Notes under the pieces: model-generated
What the model was told of the DNA's origin: nothing
Seen by the model: the letters and a program-made list of their open reading frames with translations, nothing else
The model's database searches: none
Assembly (NCBI RefSeq): GCF_001017655.1
Contig: NZ_CP010904.1
Span: 90,001-122,000, forward strand
Direction of reading: 5' to 3'
DNA: 32,000 bases
Source: Kiritimatiella glycovorans
GTDB taxonomy: Bacteria; Verrucomicrobiota; Kiritimatiellia; Kiritimatiellales; Kiritimatiellaceae
Part shown: one piece after another, positions 1 through 7,985 of the stretch
Position numbering within the stretch: position 1 is the first letter of the stretch
Layout of the letters: each line of letters begins with the position of its first letter
Position numbers and translations under genes: made by a program

Positions 1-429
1 CGCCCCGCAGCCGAACGCCGCCACCGAAACGCCCGTCACCAGCCCCTTGTGCTCGGGGAACCACTTCACGCACGTCGCGAGCGGGCAGACATACCCCATT
101 CCGATACCGATTCCGCTGAGGACGCCGATGCCCAGGAGGATGTGCGCGAACCCTCCGCCGGAGAACGCCGCGTAGGCATAGCCGGCCCCGAACATGAGGC
201 CCCCGGCGGCGGCGACCGGACGCGGCCCCGTCCGGCTCTGTGCCCGGCCCGCGAAGATCATCGCCACCGTGAACACGATAATCGTCGTTCCGAAAATGAG
301 TTGCGTCTGCACCGGCGAAAGACCGTAATCCGCGATGAGCGGAGGCACGAACGTGCTCCACGCATAGACCCCGCCGAGACATGCCTGAATGATAAGCGAT
401 CCGACCAGCACCAGGTATTTCTTCGCCAT
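1..429 (-). CDS. MFS transporter, oxalate/formate antiporter (OFA)-like family; N-terminal 143 aa only, 3' end lies beyond the window edge
   Basis: Not in the ORF track because it runs off the edge. Reverse-strand ATG at 429-427 is preceded by GGGAGGTGG. Manual translation gives MAKKYLVLVGSLIIQACLGGVYAWSTFVPPLIADYGLSPVQTQLIFG...GIGIGMGYVCPLATCVKWFPEHKGLVTG, typical of OFA-type MFS TM1-TM4. The track ORF 49..453(+) is its antisense artefact. Confidence 0.8.
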   Translation of the reverse strand, partial: MAKKYLVLVGSLIIQACLGGVYAWSTFVPPLIADYGLSPVQTQLIFGTTIIVFTVAMIFAGRAQSRTGPRPVAAAGGLMFGAGYAYAAFSGGGFAHILLGIGVLSGIGIGMGYVCPLATCVKWFPEHKGLVTGVSVAAFGCGA

Positions 430-589
430 GCCGTCCACCTCCCGAAAGGTTGATATTGCGGCGGAGTCAACCAGACCTCCGCGGCCAAATCCAGCATAAT
501 GGTTCGGAGGGCCGGCAATTGCGATGGACAGACGGCGGCGGGATCGTGTTTGATGGGCCTCCATATCGGAAGCTGGCCGGGGGCATCGC

Positions 590-1633
590 GTGACCTCTTT
601 GGAGTTCGGAAAAGTATTGATGGGCGACAGGGCGCTGCTGCGGGAGTCCGCGGAACGTTTCGTGCGGATACCCGTGGATCTCGACCTCGGCTCGGATGAA
701 CCGGTGGCAGCCCCCGGCCCGCAGTGCACCCTCGACGAACCCGTCACCCTCTCCGGCCCGGGCACGTTTTCGCACAAAGGCACGACCACCGTCCGCCTGG
801 AACCCACGGACGGTCCGGGCTGGTGGCTCAACCGCAGCGATATCCCCGACGCACTGCCGCTGCGGGTCTCGGTCCGGAACGTCTGGACGACGGGCGCCAT
901 CGTCAGCAACATCGTGCTGCGCAGCGGCCCGCCGAGCAATTACGTGCGCATGGTTGAACACATCATTGCCCTGCGCTACGGCCTGGGCGTGGACAACCTG
1001 ATGATCCGCATCGATTCCGGGGACCCCCCGCTGTTCAACCAGGGCAGTATGAATATCGTCGAGGCCCTCGACGCCGGAGGCCGCCGCGAACAGTCGCGTC
1101 CGCGGAATTTCGTGACGGTGAAAGAACCGGTAACGGTGGTCGGAAGTCACGGCCAGTTTCTCCATGTCGCCCCCTGCACGGGCTCGGTGCCCGCGTTCAA
1201 CGCCGATTGCGCCCTCGCCTTCCCCAATGCCATCGGCGATCAGCGTATACGGTTTCCCGTAACCGGCCCCCACGTGCGTCACGGGGCCGTGGCACGCACG
1301 AACACCACCTTCGCCAGGATGCTGTACTGCCGGAGTATCGGTAAAATTTTTGCCAACATCCGCAACCTGGGCTACACCCGCGAAAACATCCTGATCGCGG
1401 GACGCAACCGCTACGTCAACGAACCGCGCCTGGTCCACGAGGGCAAGTCGCTCGAGGCGGCGTGGCACCGGGGCGTCCTCGACCTGCTGGCCGCTTTCTC
1501 GCTTATCGAGGACGGCCTGTTCGTCGGCGACGTAACCTCCTATAAGGCCGGCCACCGCCTGGACGTGGCCCTGATCACCCGCCTCTACCTGCAGGATCTG
1601 CTGACACCGTATACCCCGGGGGGCGGCGCATGA
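590..1633 (+). CDS. LpxC-like (UDP-3-O-acyl-N-acetylglucosamine deacetylase family) protein, divergent, with an N-terminal extension of about 45 aa
   Basis: 347-aa ORF. LpxC-type motifs: MVEHIIALRYGLGVDNLMIRIDSGDPPLFNQGS (compare TVEHLLSAL..GIDN..IE....E.PI.DGSA), WHRGVLDLL, and SYKAGHRLD (compare KSGHALN). The start could be GTG 590 or ATG 620. The stop overlaps the next gene (ATGA at 1630-1633). Confidence 0.7.
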   Translation: MTSLEFGKVLMGDRALLRESAERFVRIPVDLDLGSDEPVAAPGPQCTLDEPVTLSGPGTFSHKGTTTVRLEPTDGPGWWLNRSDIPDALPLRVSVRNVWTTGAIVSNIVLRSGPPSNYVRMVEHIIALRYGLGVDNLMIRIDSGDPPLFNQGSMNIVEALDAGGRREQSRPRNFVTVKEPVTVVGSHGQFLHVAPCTGSVPAFNADCALAFPNAIGDQRIRFPVTGPHVRHGAVARTNTTFARMLYCRSIGKIFANIRNLGYTRENILIAGRNRYVNEPRLVHEGKSLEAAWHRGVLDLLAAFSLIEDGLFVGDVTSYKAGHRLDVALITRLYLQDLLTPYTPGGGA

Positions 1634-2376
1634 ACGACCTCGGCATCTCCCTTGAAGACTCGGTCATTGTCGTGCCGACGTTCAACGAGCGCCAGAACGT
1701 CCGCCCGCTGGCGGCCGAGGTCTTCCGCCACTACCCGGATGCGCACCTTCTCTTCGTCGACGACAGCTCGCCGGACGGGACCGGGGAGCTGCTGGATGAA
1801 ATGTCGGCCGACGACGAGCGCGTACACGTGCTCCACCGCGCGGACAAAAACGGCCTAGGGCGCGCCTACATCGCCGGCTTCAAATGGGCGCTGGAACGGG
1901 CGTATGAATTCGTATTCGAAATGGACGCCGATTTCTCGCATTCGCCGGAGGAACTGGGTGAACTCCGGCGCGGGGTGGAGGACGCCGATCTCGCGCTCGG
2001 CTCCCGCTACGTCGGCGGCATCCGGATCATCAACTGGCCGCTCAACCGGCTGATCCTGAGCCGCAGCGCCGGCGTCTACACCAAGCTCGTCACCGGCATG
2101 CCCTTCACGGATCCCACGGGGGGCTTCAAATGTTTCCGCCGCCGGCTGCTGAAGCATTTCGACCTCGATCGTATCGAGTCGAACGGCTACGGGTTCCAGA
2201 TTGAACTGACCTACCGCGCCTGGATGGACGGCTTTCGCGTCACGGAGGTCCCGATCACCTTCGTCGAACGCCGGTCCGGTGAATCGAAAATGAGCACCGC
2301 GATCATCCGCGAGGCCTTCCTGCTGGTCTGGCGCCTGCTAATCCACAGCCGGTTCCGGCGCCGGCCCCGCGCCTGA
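1630..2376 (+). CDS. Polyprenol-phosphate mannosyltransferase-like GT2 glycosyltransferase (Ppm1/Dpm1 family)
   Basis: 248 aa. Motifs VIVVPTFNERQN, LLFVDDSSPDGT, EMDADFSHSPEEL, GSRYVGGIRIINWPLNRLILSRSAGVY, TDPTGGFKCFRR, GYGFQIELTYRA and ITFVERRSGESKM match the Dpm1/Ppm1 family end to end. Confidence 0.88.
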   Translation: MNDLGISLEDSVIVVPTFNERQNVRPLAAEVFRHYPDAHLLFVDDSSPDGTGELLDEMSADDERVHVLHRADKNGLGRAYIAGFKWALERAYEFVFEMDADFSHSPEELGELRRGVEDADLALGSRYVGGIRIINWPLNRLILSRSAGVYTKLVTGMPFTDPTGGFKCFRRRLLKHFDLDRIESNGYGFQIELTYRAWMDGFRVTEVPITFVERRSGESKMSTAIIREAFLLVWRLLIHSRFRRRPRA

Positions 2377-2395
2377 GCCCAGCCGCTCTCGGGGA

Positions 2396-3505
2396 TCACA
2401 CCTCTTCCGCGCCGTCCAGCAGTTCGCGCACCTTTCGCAGCAGTGCGGCGGAGGAGCACGGCTTGGAGAGAAATGCGGCATGCGCGTCGTGCTTCCTTTT
2501 ATCCGTAATCAGGTCGGCACTGTATCCGCTTACGAACAATATCGGCGTATCCGGCGCGGCGGCCCTCCGCAGCGCGTCCGCCACCTCCGCGCCGTCGTGC
2601 CTCGGCATCACCACGTCCAGTACCGCCGCCCGGATCTGCGATGCTTTCTCCGCAATGACCGCCAGGGCCTCTTCGCCGTCCCGCGCCGTGATCACCCGGT
2701 ACCCCGCGGAAAGCAGAATGTTTCCGGCCCAGTCACGAACGCCCGCATCGTCCTCGGCCAGCAGCAGCGTTTCCGTCCCGCCGCGCGATGTCTCGATCTC
2801 CCTTCCCGAACCCCTTTCGGCTTCGCCGTCCACGACCGGGAAATAAATCCTGAACGTGGTGCCCAGGCCCGGCTCGCTGTAGACATGGATGGCCCCTTCG
2901 TGCTGGCTGACGATTCCGTAGACCGTGGAAAGGCCCAGCCCGGTTCCCTTGCCCACCTCCTTGGTGGTGAAAAACGGTTCGAACACGCGGTCCAGCGTCT
3001 CGCGATCCATCCCGCAGCCCGTGTCCGTCACGCTGATACGTACATAGCGCCCCGGCCGGACATCCGTATGGTCCCGGCAGTAATGCCCGTCGATCGTCAT
3101 GTTTTCCGTTTCGATCATCAGCCGCCCGCCCGCGGGCATGGCGTCGCGGGCATTTACACACAGATTCATCAGGACCTGTTCGATCTGCGAGGGATCGACC
3201 CGTACCGTCGCATCCCTGCCGGCGCCTTTAAACCGGTACTCGATGTGCTCGCCCAGCGCCAGGTTCAGCATCCGGGAAAAGGAGCGGATCAGCTCGTCGG
3301 GGTTCACATTTTTCGGCTCCATGCGCTGGTGCCGCGTGAAGGCGAGAAGCTGACGCGTTAGCGCCGCGGCCCGCTCGCCGCCGTGCGAGCTCTCGTTCAA
3401 CGCCTCGTGCAGTTCGGGGCGATCCGCCGCGTCCTGCGCGGCGAGCTGTGCGTAGCCCATCATCGACTGCAGGATATTGTTGAAGTCGTGGGCCACGCCT
3501 CCGCC
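2396..3505 (-). CDS. Hybrid sensor histidine kinase, C-terminal part (HisKA + HATPase_c + REC); downstream half of a frameshifted gene
   Basis: Track ORF 2396..3721. Homology begins at GGVAHDFNNILQSMMGYAQL (H-box). It continues with NLCVNARDAMP (N-box), DTGCGMD (G1), GKGTGLGLSTVYG (G2), then a receiver domain (LLLAEDD, LDVVMP, FLSKP). There is no credible independent start. Confidence 0.85.
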   Translation of the reverse strand, partial: GGGVAHDFNNILQSMMGYAQLAAQDAADRPELHEALNESSHGGERAAALTRQLLAFTRHQRMEPKNVNPDELIRSFSRMLNLALGEHIEYRFKGAGRDATVRVDPSQIEQVLMNLCVNARDAMPAGGRLMIETENMTIDGHYCRDHTDVRPGRYVRISVTDTGCGMDRETLDRVFEPFFTTKEVGKGTGLGLSTVYGIVSQHEGAIHVYSEPGLGTTFRIYFPVVDGEAERGSGREIETSRGGTETLLLAEDDAGVRDWAGNILLSAGYRVITARDGEEALAVIAEKASQIRAAVLDVVMPRHDGAEVADALRRAAAPDTPILFVSGYSADLITDKRKHDAHAAFLSKPCSSAALLRKVRELLDGAEEV

Positions 3506-5007
3506 AGCCGGCCGAACGCCTCCATCTTCTGGGCCTGCTGGAGCTGGTGCTGAACTTCCAGTTCCGCCGTGATATCGCGCGCCACCTTCACGTAATGCTT
3601 CACCTCGCCCCGCATGTTCCGCACCGGGGAAATCGTCGCGTCCTCCGTGAACTCCGTACCGTCCTCGCGCCGGTTGATCATTCGTCCCTTCCACGTGCCG
3701 CCCGAACGGATCGTGTTCCACAGGTCTCTGTAAAAGGCCTCATCCTGCCGCCCGCTCTTGAGGATAGCGGGCGTCCGGCCCAGCACCTCCTCGCGCCTGT
3801 ATCCGGTCATCGACACGAACGCGGGGTTCACGTACTCGATGTTCCCCTCGGGATCCGTCATGAGCACGCCTTCGACAGACTGCTCGACCGCGGAGTAGAG
3901 GCGGGACTGCTCCTCTTCCGCCCGCCGGTGTTCGGTGATGTCCCGCGCGACGCCGCACAGGTACTGCGGACGCCCCTCCCGGTCACGGATCAGCTGGGTA
4001 TGACAGTCTAGAATCACCTTGTGACCGTCTGCCCCGATATTTACCACCTCGCCGCGCCATTCGCCGTTTTCGCACGTGCTGCGAACGATTTCCCGCTGGC
4101 TTATATGGTCCTCGTCCTCGCCGTACTCCTCAACCGTTCCGCCGACGAGATCTTCGCGCGGCACGCCGAAGAGGCGGGACTGGGCTTCATTCACATACAG
4201 GATGCGGCCGTCGAGGTCGGTAAGGGTCACCAGATCGCCGATCTCGTCGAGAATGGTCGCCTGCCGCTCCAGCTGTTCGTCCGCTTCCATACGCTCCAGC
4301 GCGAAAGCGAAGTCATTGGCGACCTCCTCGAACAGCGCCTGTACCTCGCGGTCGCCGGCGTAATGCCCGCGGACGGAAGCTCCCATGTAGCCGTAGAGGC
4401 GGTCGCCGCGCTGCAGCCGCATGCAGATGCCGCTGCGGTCACGGTGATATTCGCGTACGGGACAACCGGAACATTCCCTGCTCGGGTCTTCCTTGACCAC
4501 GGGGCCGTCCCGACGCGCGGCCTCCTCGACACACGGCGGGGTGCCCTGACGGATCTCCTCGCAGAAAGCGCGAAACGCCTCCGGATGGATTCCCGCCTGG
4601 GCCGCGGTGAGAAGCCCTCCCTCTTCATCCGTCAGCACGATCCACGCGCCCGCGTAACCCGACTCTCCCGTGAGAATATCGCACGACTGCTGGATCAGCG
4701 TGTCCCGGTCGAGTTTGTGCGTGATGATCTGGTTGATGTCGCGTATGCCCCGCAGCACGCCGTTGAGAAACTGTATGCGGGTGAGGTGATGCCTGCGCTC
4801 GCGAACGGCACGATCGGCATAGACGGAGAAGACGATCATCACCGCGATGAATAACCCCCGTACCCATAGCTCGTGCGGTTCGCGCGGAAACAGCCACAGC
4901 AAGACACCGCCCTCCCGAAAGAAATACGCGTCTACGGCCGTTTCCAGAAGCCAGTAAGCGATTATCAGCAGAGCAGCCGTGCGGAATATTTTCGTGTTGC
5001 GGCTCAT
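3460..5007 (-). CDS. Hybrid sensor histidine kinase, N-terminal part (2 TM helices, Cys-rich GAF-like domain, two PAS domains); upstream half of a frameshifted gene
   Basis: Track ORF 3460..5100. The likely start is ATG 5007 (MSRNTKIFRTAALLIIAYWLL). It has PAS S-box-like segments (ILYVNEAQSRLFG, IEYVNPAFVSMTGY) and ends QKMEAFGRLAEAWPTTS*, breaking off inside the canonical GRLAGGVAHDFNN motif. Confidence 0.85.
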   Translation of the reverse strand: MSRNTKIFRTAALLIIAYWLLETAVDAYFFREGGVLLWLFPREPHELWVRGLFIAVMIVFSVYADRAVRERRHHLTRIQFLNGVLRGIRDINQIITHKLDRDTLIQQSCDILTGESGYAGAWIVLTDEEGGLLTAAQAGIHPEAFRAFCEEIRQGTPPCVEEAARRDGPVVKEDPSRECSGCPVREYHRDRSGICMRLQRGDRLYGYMGASVRGHYAGDREVQALFEEVANDFAFALERMEADEQLERQATILDEIGDLVTLTDLDGRILYVNEAQSRLFGVPREDLVGGTVEEYGEDEDHISQREIVRSTCENGEWRGEVVNIGADGHKVILDCHTQLIRDREGRPQYLCGVARDITEHRRAEEEQSRLYSAVEQSVEGVLMTDPEGNIEYVNPAFVSMTGYRREEVLGRTPAILKSGRQDEAFYRDLWNTIRSGGTWKGRMINRREDGTEFTEDATISPVRNMRGEVKHYVKVARDITAELEVQHQLQQAQKMEAFGRLAEAWPTTSTISCSR

Positions 5008-5111
5008 GAATCCGCTCCCCCCGAAAGCGCCGCCCCCGCCGTACCCCTCCGCGGCTGGCTCCGATCGAAGTCTATTTTTTTGCACCCCCGCGACAAGCAT
5101 CGATTGGGGGG

Positions 5112-5378
5112 CAGAATCAGAGTCAGAGTAAGAATCTGAATCAGAGTCAGAATCAGAGTCAGAGTAAGAGTAAGAGAAAGAGTGAGTGGGGCAGCAGAGA
5201 CCTGAAACCTGAGTAGGACACAGGGATCATAGAATCGGGGGAGTGGGATCGCGCCTGCGACGCTCCGAGTACGCGTACGAATCATGCTTTTCCGACCTGT
5301 AGCCGAGCCCGATTACGATGGCGTCTTACTCAGGTTTCAGGTCTCAGCTTTCCCGCTCACCCTCCCCCTCTTTCCCTG
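5112..5378. repeat. Composite long-hairpin repeat element, copy A: 12 tandem hexamers, imperfect inverted arms containing a perfect 19-bp inverted repeat, and a 52-nt conserved core
   Basis: Hexamers of form NAGARW (CAGAAT/CAGAGT/AAGAGT...) run 5112-5183. GAGACCTGAAACCTGAGTA at 5197-5215 has its exact reverse complement at 5327-5345. Flanking arm sequence is also partly complementary (about 5176-5218 vs 5323-5378). The core at 5232-5283 recurs inverted at 25298-25346. Confidence 0.9.
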
Positions 5379-5390
5379 TCACATCCTTTG

Positions 5391-5418
5391 TTGCCCGGCC
5401 GAGGCATAACGATATAAT
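5391..5418 (+). promoter_or_regulatory. Candidate sigma70-type promoter for the DUF4159-MoxR operon
   Basis: TTGCCC (5391-5396), 16-nt spacer, TATAAT (5413-5418), about 46 nt upstream of ATG 5464. A GGGAGGTGG RBS lies at about 5450-5458. Confidence 0.4.
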
Positions 5419-5463
5419 GGCCGAGGTGAGGGTAGAAATTGATTCTCACCGGGAGGTGGATTG

Positions 5464-6975
5464 ATGAAGACGCTTGGCCGGATTCTGTTTCCCCTGTTTG
5501 CGGCGGTTTGTGTCTGCGGCGCGGCCCAGGACGAGGACGCCTGGCTCAAGCCGCTCGGCCAGCCGCCCAAGGCGGCGCCGCGGCGCATTTCCGGCGGCGA
5601 ATCCCTGCCGCCGCTCCCGCTACCCGCCACCCCGCTCCGACGCACCGAACGGAAGCGGCAGCCCAGCCCGCCCACGCTCGTCACCAAGGTCATGTGGGGC
5701 GAGACCGCCTCGTTCCAGTTCGAGGACGGCAAGAGCATGGAGGTCGCCGACTGGAACCAGTGTCCCTCCGACGTGCAGTCGATCCTGCACAAGGCGCGCG
5801 GGCCGTTGCAGGTTCGCTACGGCTACGAGACAGCCCCGATCGCGGCGTTTCACGGCGACCCCGCCCGTACGCCCCTGCTGCTGTTCAGCGGTTCGCGTTC
5901 GATCCGGTTCGACGAGGATCAGCTCCGCAAGTTGCGCGCGTATGTCCTGCGCGGCGGCATGATCGTGGCCGATAACATCGCCGGTTCGCCCTTTTTCTAT
6001 CAGTCGTTCCGCGAAGCGATGCTCAAGGCGTTTCCCGAACTCGCCGTCCGCGAGATTCCGGACGACCACCCGGTCTACCACATGCTCGCGGAAGTCCGGC
6101 ACGTACATTACCCGCGCAACCGGGAGTCGAACGAACCCTACCTTGAGGGCATGTACGTTGGCTCGCGCATCGGCGTGCTGATCTCCCGATACGGACTCGG
6201 CTGCGGCTGGGACAATCACCACGTCCCGTTCATCGACGAGGCCGTGTTCTACGACGTGCCCTCTGCGAGTCAGATCGGGATCAACCTTATCGCCTACGCC
6301 GTCGGATACGCCGAAACCGCGCGCCGCGAGGCGGAGCCGGAGTGGTTCGGATCGCTCGACGAGCAGGACCCGACCGACCAGTTCGTCTTCGCCCAGCTCC
6401 GCCATGAGGGCGCCTGGAACGTCCATCCCGGCGGGGCGGCGGCCCTGCTGCGCCGGCTGGAACGGGATACCTCGATGCGCGTCAGCCTGAAACGGGTCGC
6501 CGTCGACCCCGGAAAAGACGATCTCTCCGGCTATACCTTCCTCTACCTGACCGGTCTGGACGATTTCCGGTGGAGCGATACGGAGGCGGCGCGCCTGCGC
6601 GGATTCCTGAATTCCTCCGGCACGCTGCTGATCAACAACGGGCTCGGACTCTCGACCTTCGACCGCGCCGTCCGCCGCGAGCTGCAGAAGGTCCTGCCGG
6701 GCGCGGAACTGGTCGAGATCCCCGCCGGTCATCCGGTCTACCACGCCGTCTTCCCGGTGCGCTCGGTGCGCTACACCCCGGCGGCGACTCCCGACCGCGA
6801 GGCGGCGCCGAAGCTTTACGGCGTCCGGCTGCACGGCGACCTGCGGGTCATCTACAGCCCCTACGATATCGAGGCGGGCTGGCAGGGCGGCGACCACCCT
6901 CTCGCGAAAGCACTCGAACCGCAGTCGGCCATGCAGCTCGGCGTCAATATTGCGATGTACGCCATGACGCACTAG
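5464..6975 (+). CDS. Secreted protein with two tandem DUF4159-like domains
   Basis: Signal peptide MKTLGRILFPLFAAVCVCGAAQ. Two similar halves each carry the DUF4159-type pattern (LLLFSGSRSIRFDEDQLRKLRAYVLRGGMIVADN...DDHPVYH and FLYLTGLDDFRWSDTEAARLRGFLNSSGTLLINN...AGHPVYH). The position upstream of moxR is typical. Confidence 0.8.
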   Translation: MKTLGRILFPLFAAVCVCGAAQDEDAWLKPLGQPPKAAPRRISGGESLPPLPLPATPLRRTERKRQPSPPTLVTKVMWGETASFQFEDGKSMEVADWNQCPSDVQSILHKARGPLQVRYGYETAPIAAFHGDPARTPLLLFSGSRSIRFDEDQLRKLRAYVLRGGMIVADNIAGSPFFYQSFREAMLKAFPELAVREIPDDHPVYHMLAEVRHVHYPRNRESNEPYLEGMYVGSRIGVLISRYGLGCGWDNHHVPFIDEAVFYDVPSASQIGINLIAYAVGYAETARREAEPEWFGSLDEQDPTDQFVFAQLRHEGAWNVHPGGAAALLRRLERDTSMRVSLKRVAVDPGKDDLSGYTFLYLTGLDDFRWSDTEAARLRGFLNSSGTLLINNGLGLSTFDRAVRRELQKVLPGAELVEIPAGHPVYHAVFPVRSVRYTPAATPDREAAPKLYGVRLHGDLRVIYSPYDIEAGWQGGDHPLAKALEPQSAMQLGVNIAMYAMTH

Positions 6976-6990
6976 AAAGGAACGGAACCC

Positions 6991-7980
6991 ATGTCGGATA
7001 AAGCGATCGAACAACTGGCGGCAGCCCGCGAGAAAATCCTCGACAGCGTCGGTCGCGTCATCATCGGCCAGCGTGCCGTGCTGCATGAAATCCTCGTGGC
7101 CCTGTTTTCCCGCGGGCACTGCCTGATGATCGGCGTGCCGGGACTGGCGAAGACGCTCATGGTGCGCACGCTCTCCGACAGCCTGCGGCTCCAGGGACGC
7201 CGCATCCAGTTCACGCCGGATCTGATGCCCTCCGACATCACCGGCACGGATCTGCTGGAGGAGGACGCCTCCGGACGACGCGCCTTCCGGTTCGAGCGCG
7301 GCCCCATCTTCACCAATCTGCTGCTCGCCGACGAGATTAACCGCACGCCGCCCAAGACGCAGGCCGCGCTGCTCGAGGCGATGCAGGAGCGGCGCGTGAC
7401 CGCCTCCGGCGAAACCTACTCGCTGCCCGAACCGTTCATGGTCATGGCCACGCAGAATCCGATCGAGCAGGAGGGGACCTACCCCCTGCCCGAGGCGCAG
7501 CTCGACCGGTTCATGTTCTGCATCCATGTCGACTACCCCGCGGAGGCGGAGGAACAGAAAATCCTGATGGACACCACCCGCGACGTCATGCAGGAAGCGC
7601 AGCCGGTCCTCGACGCCGGGGAAGTGATCGAGGTCCAGCGGCTCGTCCGCGAGGTCCCGGTGAGCGATCACGTGGCCCTCTACGCGGCGCGGCTCGCGCG
7701 GGCGACACGCCCGCAGGAAAAAGATGCCCCCGAATTTATCCGCCGCTGGGTCCGCTGGGGCTCCGGACCGCGGGCGGGACAGAACCTGCTGCTGGCGGCG
7801 AAAGTCAACGCCCTCTTCGAAAACCGCGGCAGCGTCTCCTGCGCCGACGTCCGCCGCTTCGCGCACCCCGTGCTCCGCCACCGTATGTTCTGCAATTTCT
7901 CCGCCGCCAGCGAGGGCGTGGAGGTGGACGACATCGTCGACAAGCTGATCGAAGCGGTCAAGGAACCGGAGTACGGGTGA
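6991..7980 (+). CDS. moxR: MoxR-family AAA+ ATPase
   Basis: 329 aa. Walker A GVPGLAKT, Walker B LLADEINR, and TPPKTQAALLEAMQERRVT, PEPFMVMATQNPIEQEGTYPLPEAQLDRF: full-length AAA_3/MoxR signature. Confidence 0.95.
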   Translation: MSDKAIEQLAAAREKILDSVGRVIIGQRAVLHEILVALFSRGHCLMIGVPGLAKTLMVRTLSDSLRLQGRRIQFTPDLMPSDITGTDLLEEDASGRRAFRFERGPIFTNLLLADEINRTPPKTQAALLEAMQERRVTASGETYSLPEPFMVMATQNPIEQEGTYPLPEAQLDRFMFCIHVDYPAEAEEQKILMDTTRDVMQEAQPVLDAGEVIEVQRLVREVPVSDHVALYAARLARATRPQEKDAPEFIRRWVRWGSGPRAGQNLLLAAKVNALFENRGSVSCADVRRFAHPVLRHRMFCNFSAASEGVEVDDIVDKLIEAVKEPEYG

Positions 7981-7985
7981 GACCG

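Noticed and set aside
49-453. Track ORF 49..453(+), 134 aa.
   Set aside because: The opposite strand encodes a convincing MFS/OFA transporter N-terminus with an RBS and ATG at 429. The plus-strand product is Arg/Asp/Glu-rich low complexity.
467-1555. Long antisense or alternative-frame ORFs throughout the track, for example 467..1555(-), 5620..7881(-), 8885..10534(-), 10825..13020(-), 13154..14557(-), 18337..19707(-), 19899..20750(-), 23452..25524(-) and 27070..27960(-).
   Set aside because: They lie opposite or out of frame to genes with clear family signatures. Their products are Arg/Ala/Gly/Pro-rich with no recognisable motifs, as expected for stop-poor frames in GC-rich DNA.
3495-3510. 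Programmed ribosomal frameshifting as the explanation for the two split genes (also at 29925-29940).
   Set aside because: There is no slippery X_XXY_YYZ heptamer, no stimulatory SD or downstream pseudoknot was seen, and neither gene family is known to use recoding. A simple 1-nt indel (mutation or sequencing error) is more parsimonious.
5112-5183. Possible CRISPR array, or coding repeats (LTLTLT / SQSQNQ and YEYEYE / RVRVRV translations), at the hexamer and heptamer arrays (5112-5183, 7986-8043, 25282-25388).
   Set aside because: The units are 6-7 nt and contiguous with no spacers, so these are not CRISPR arrays. The repetitive peptides lack starts and RBSs and belong to ORFs that are otherwise antisense artefacts.
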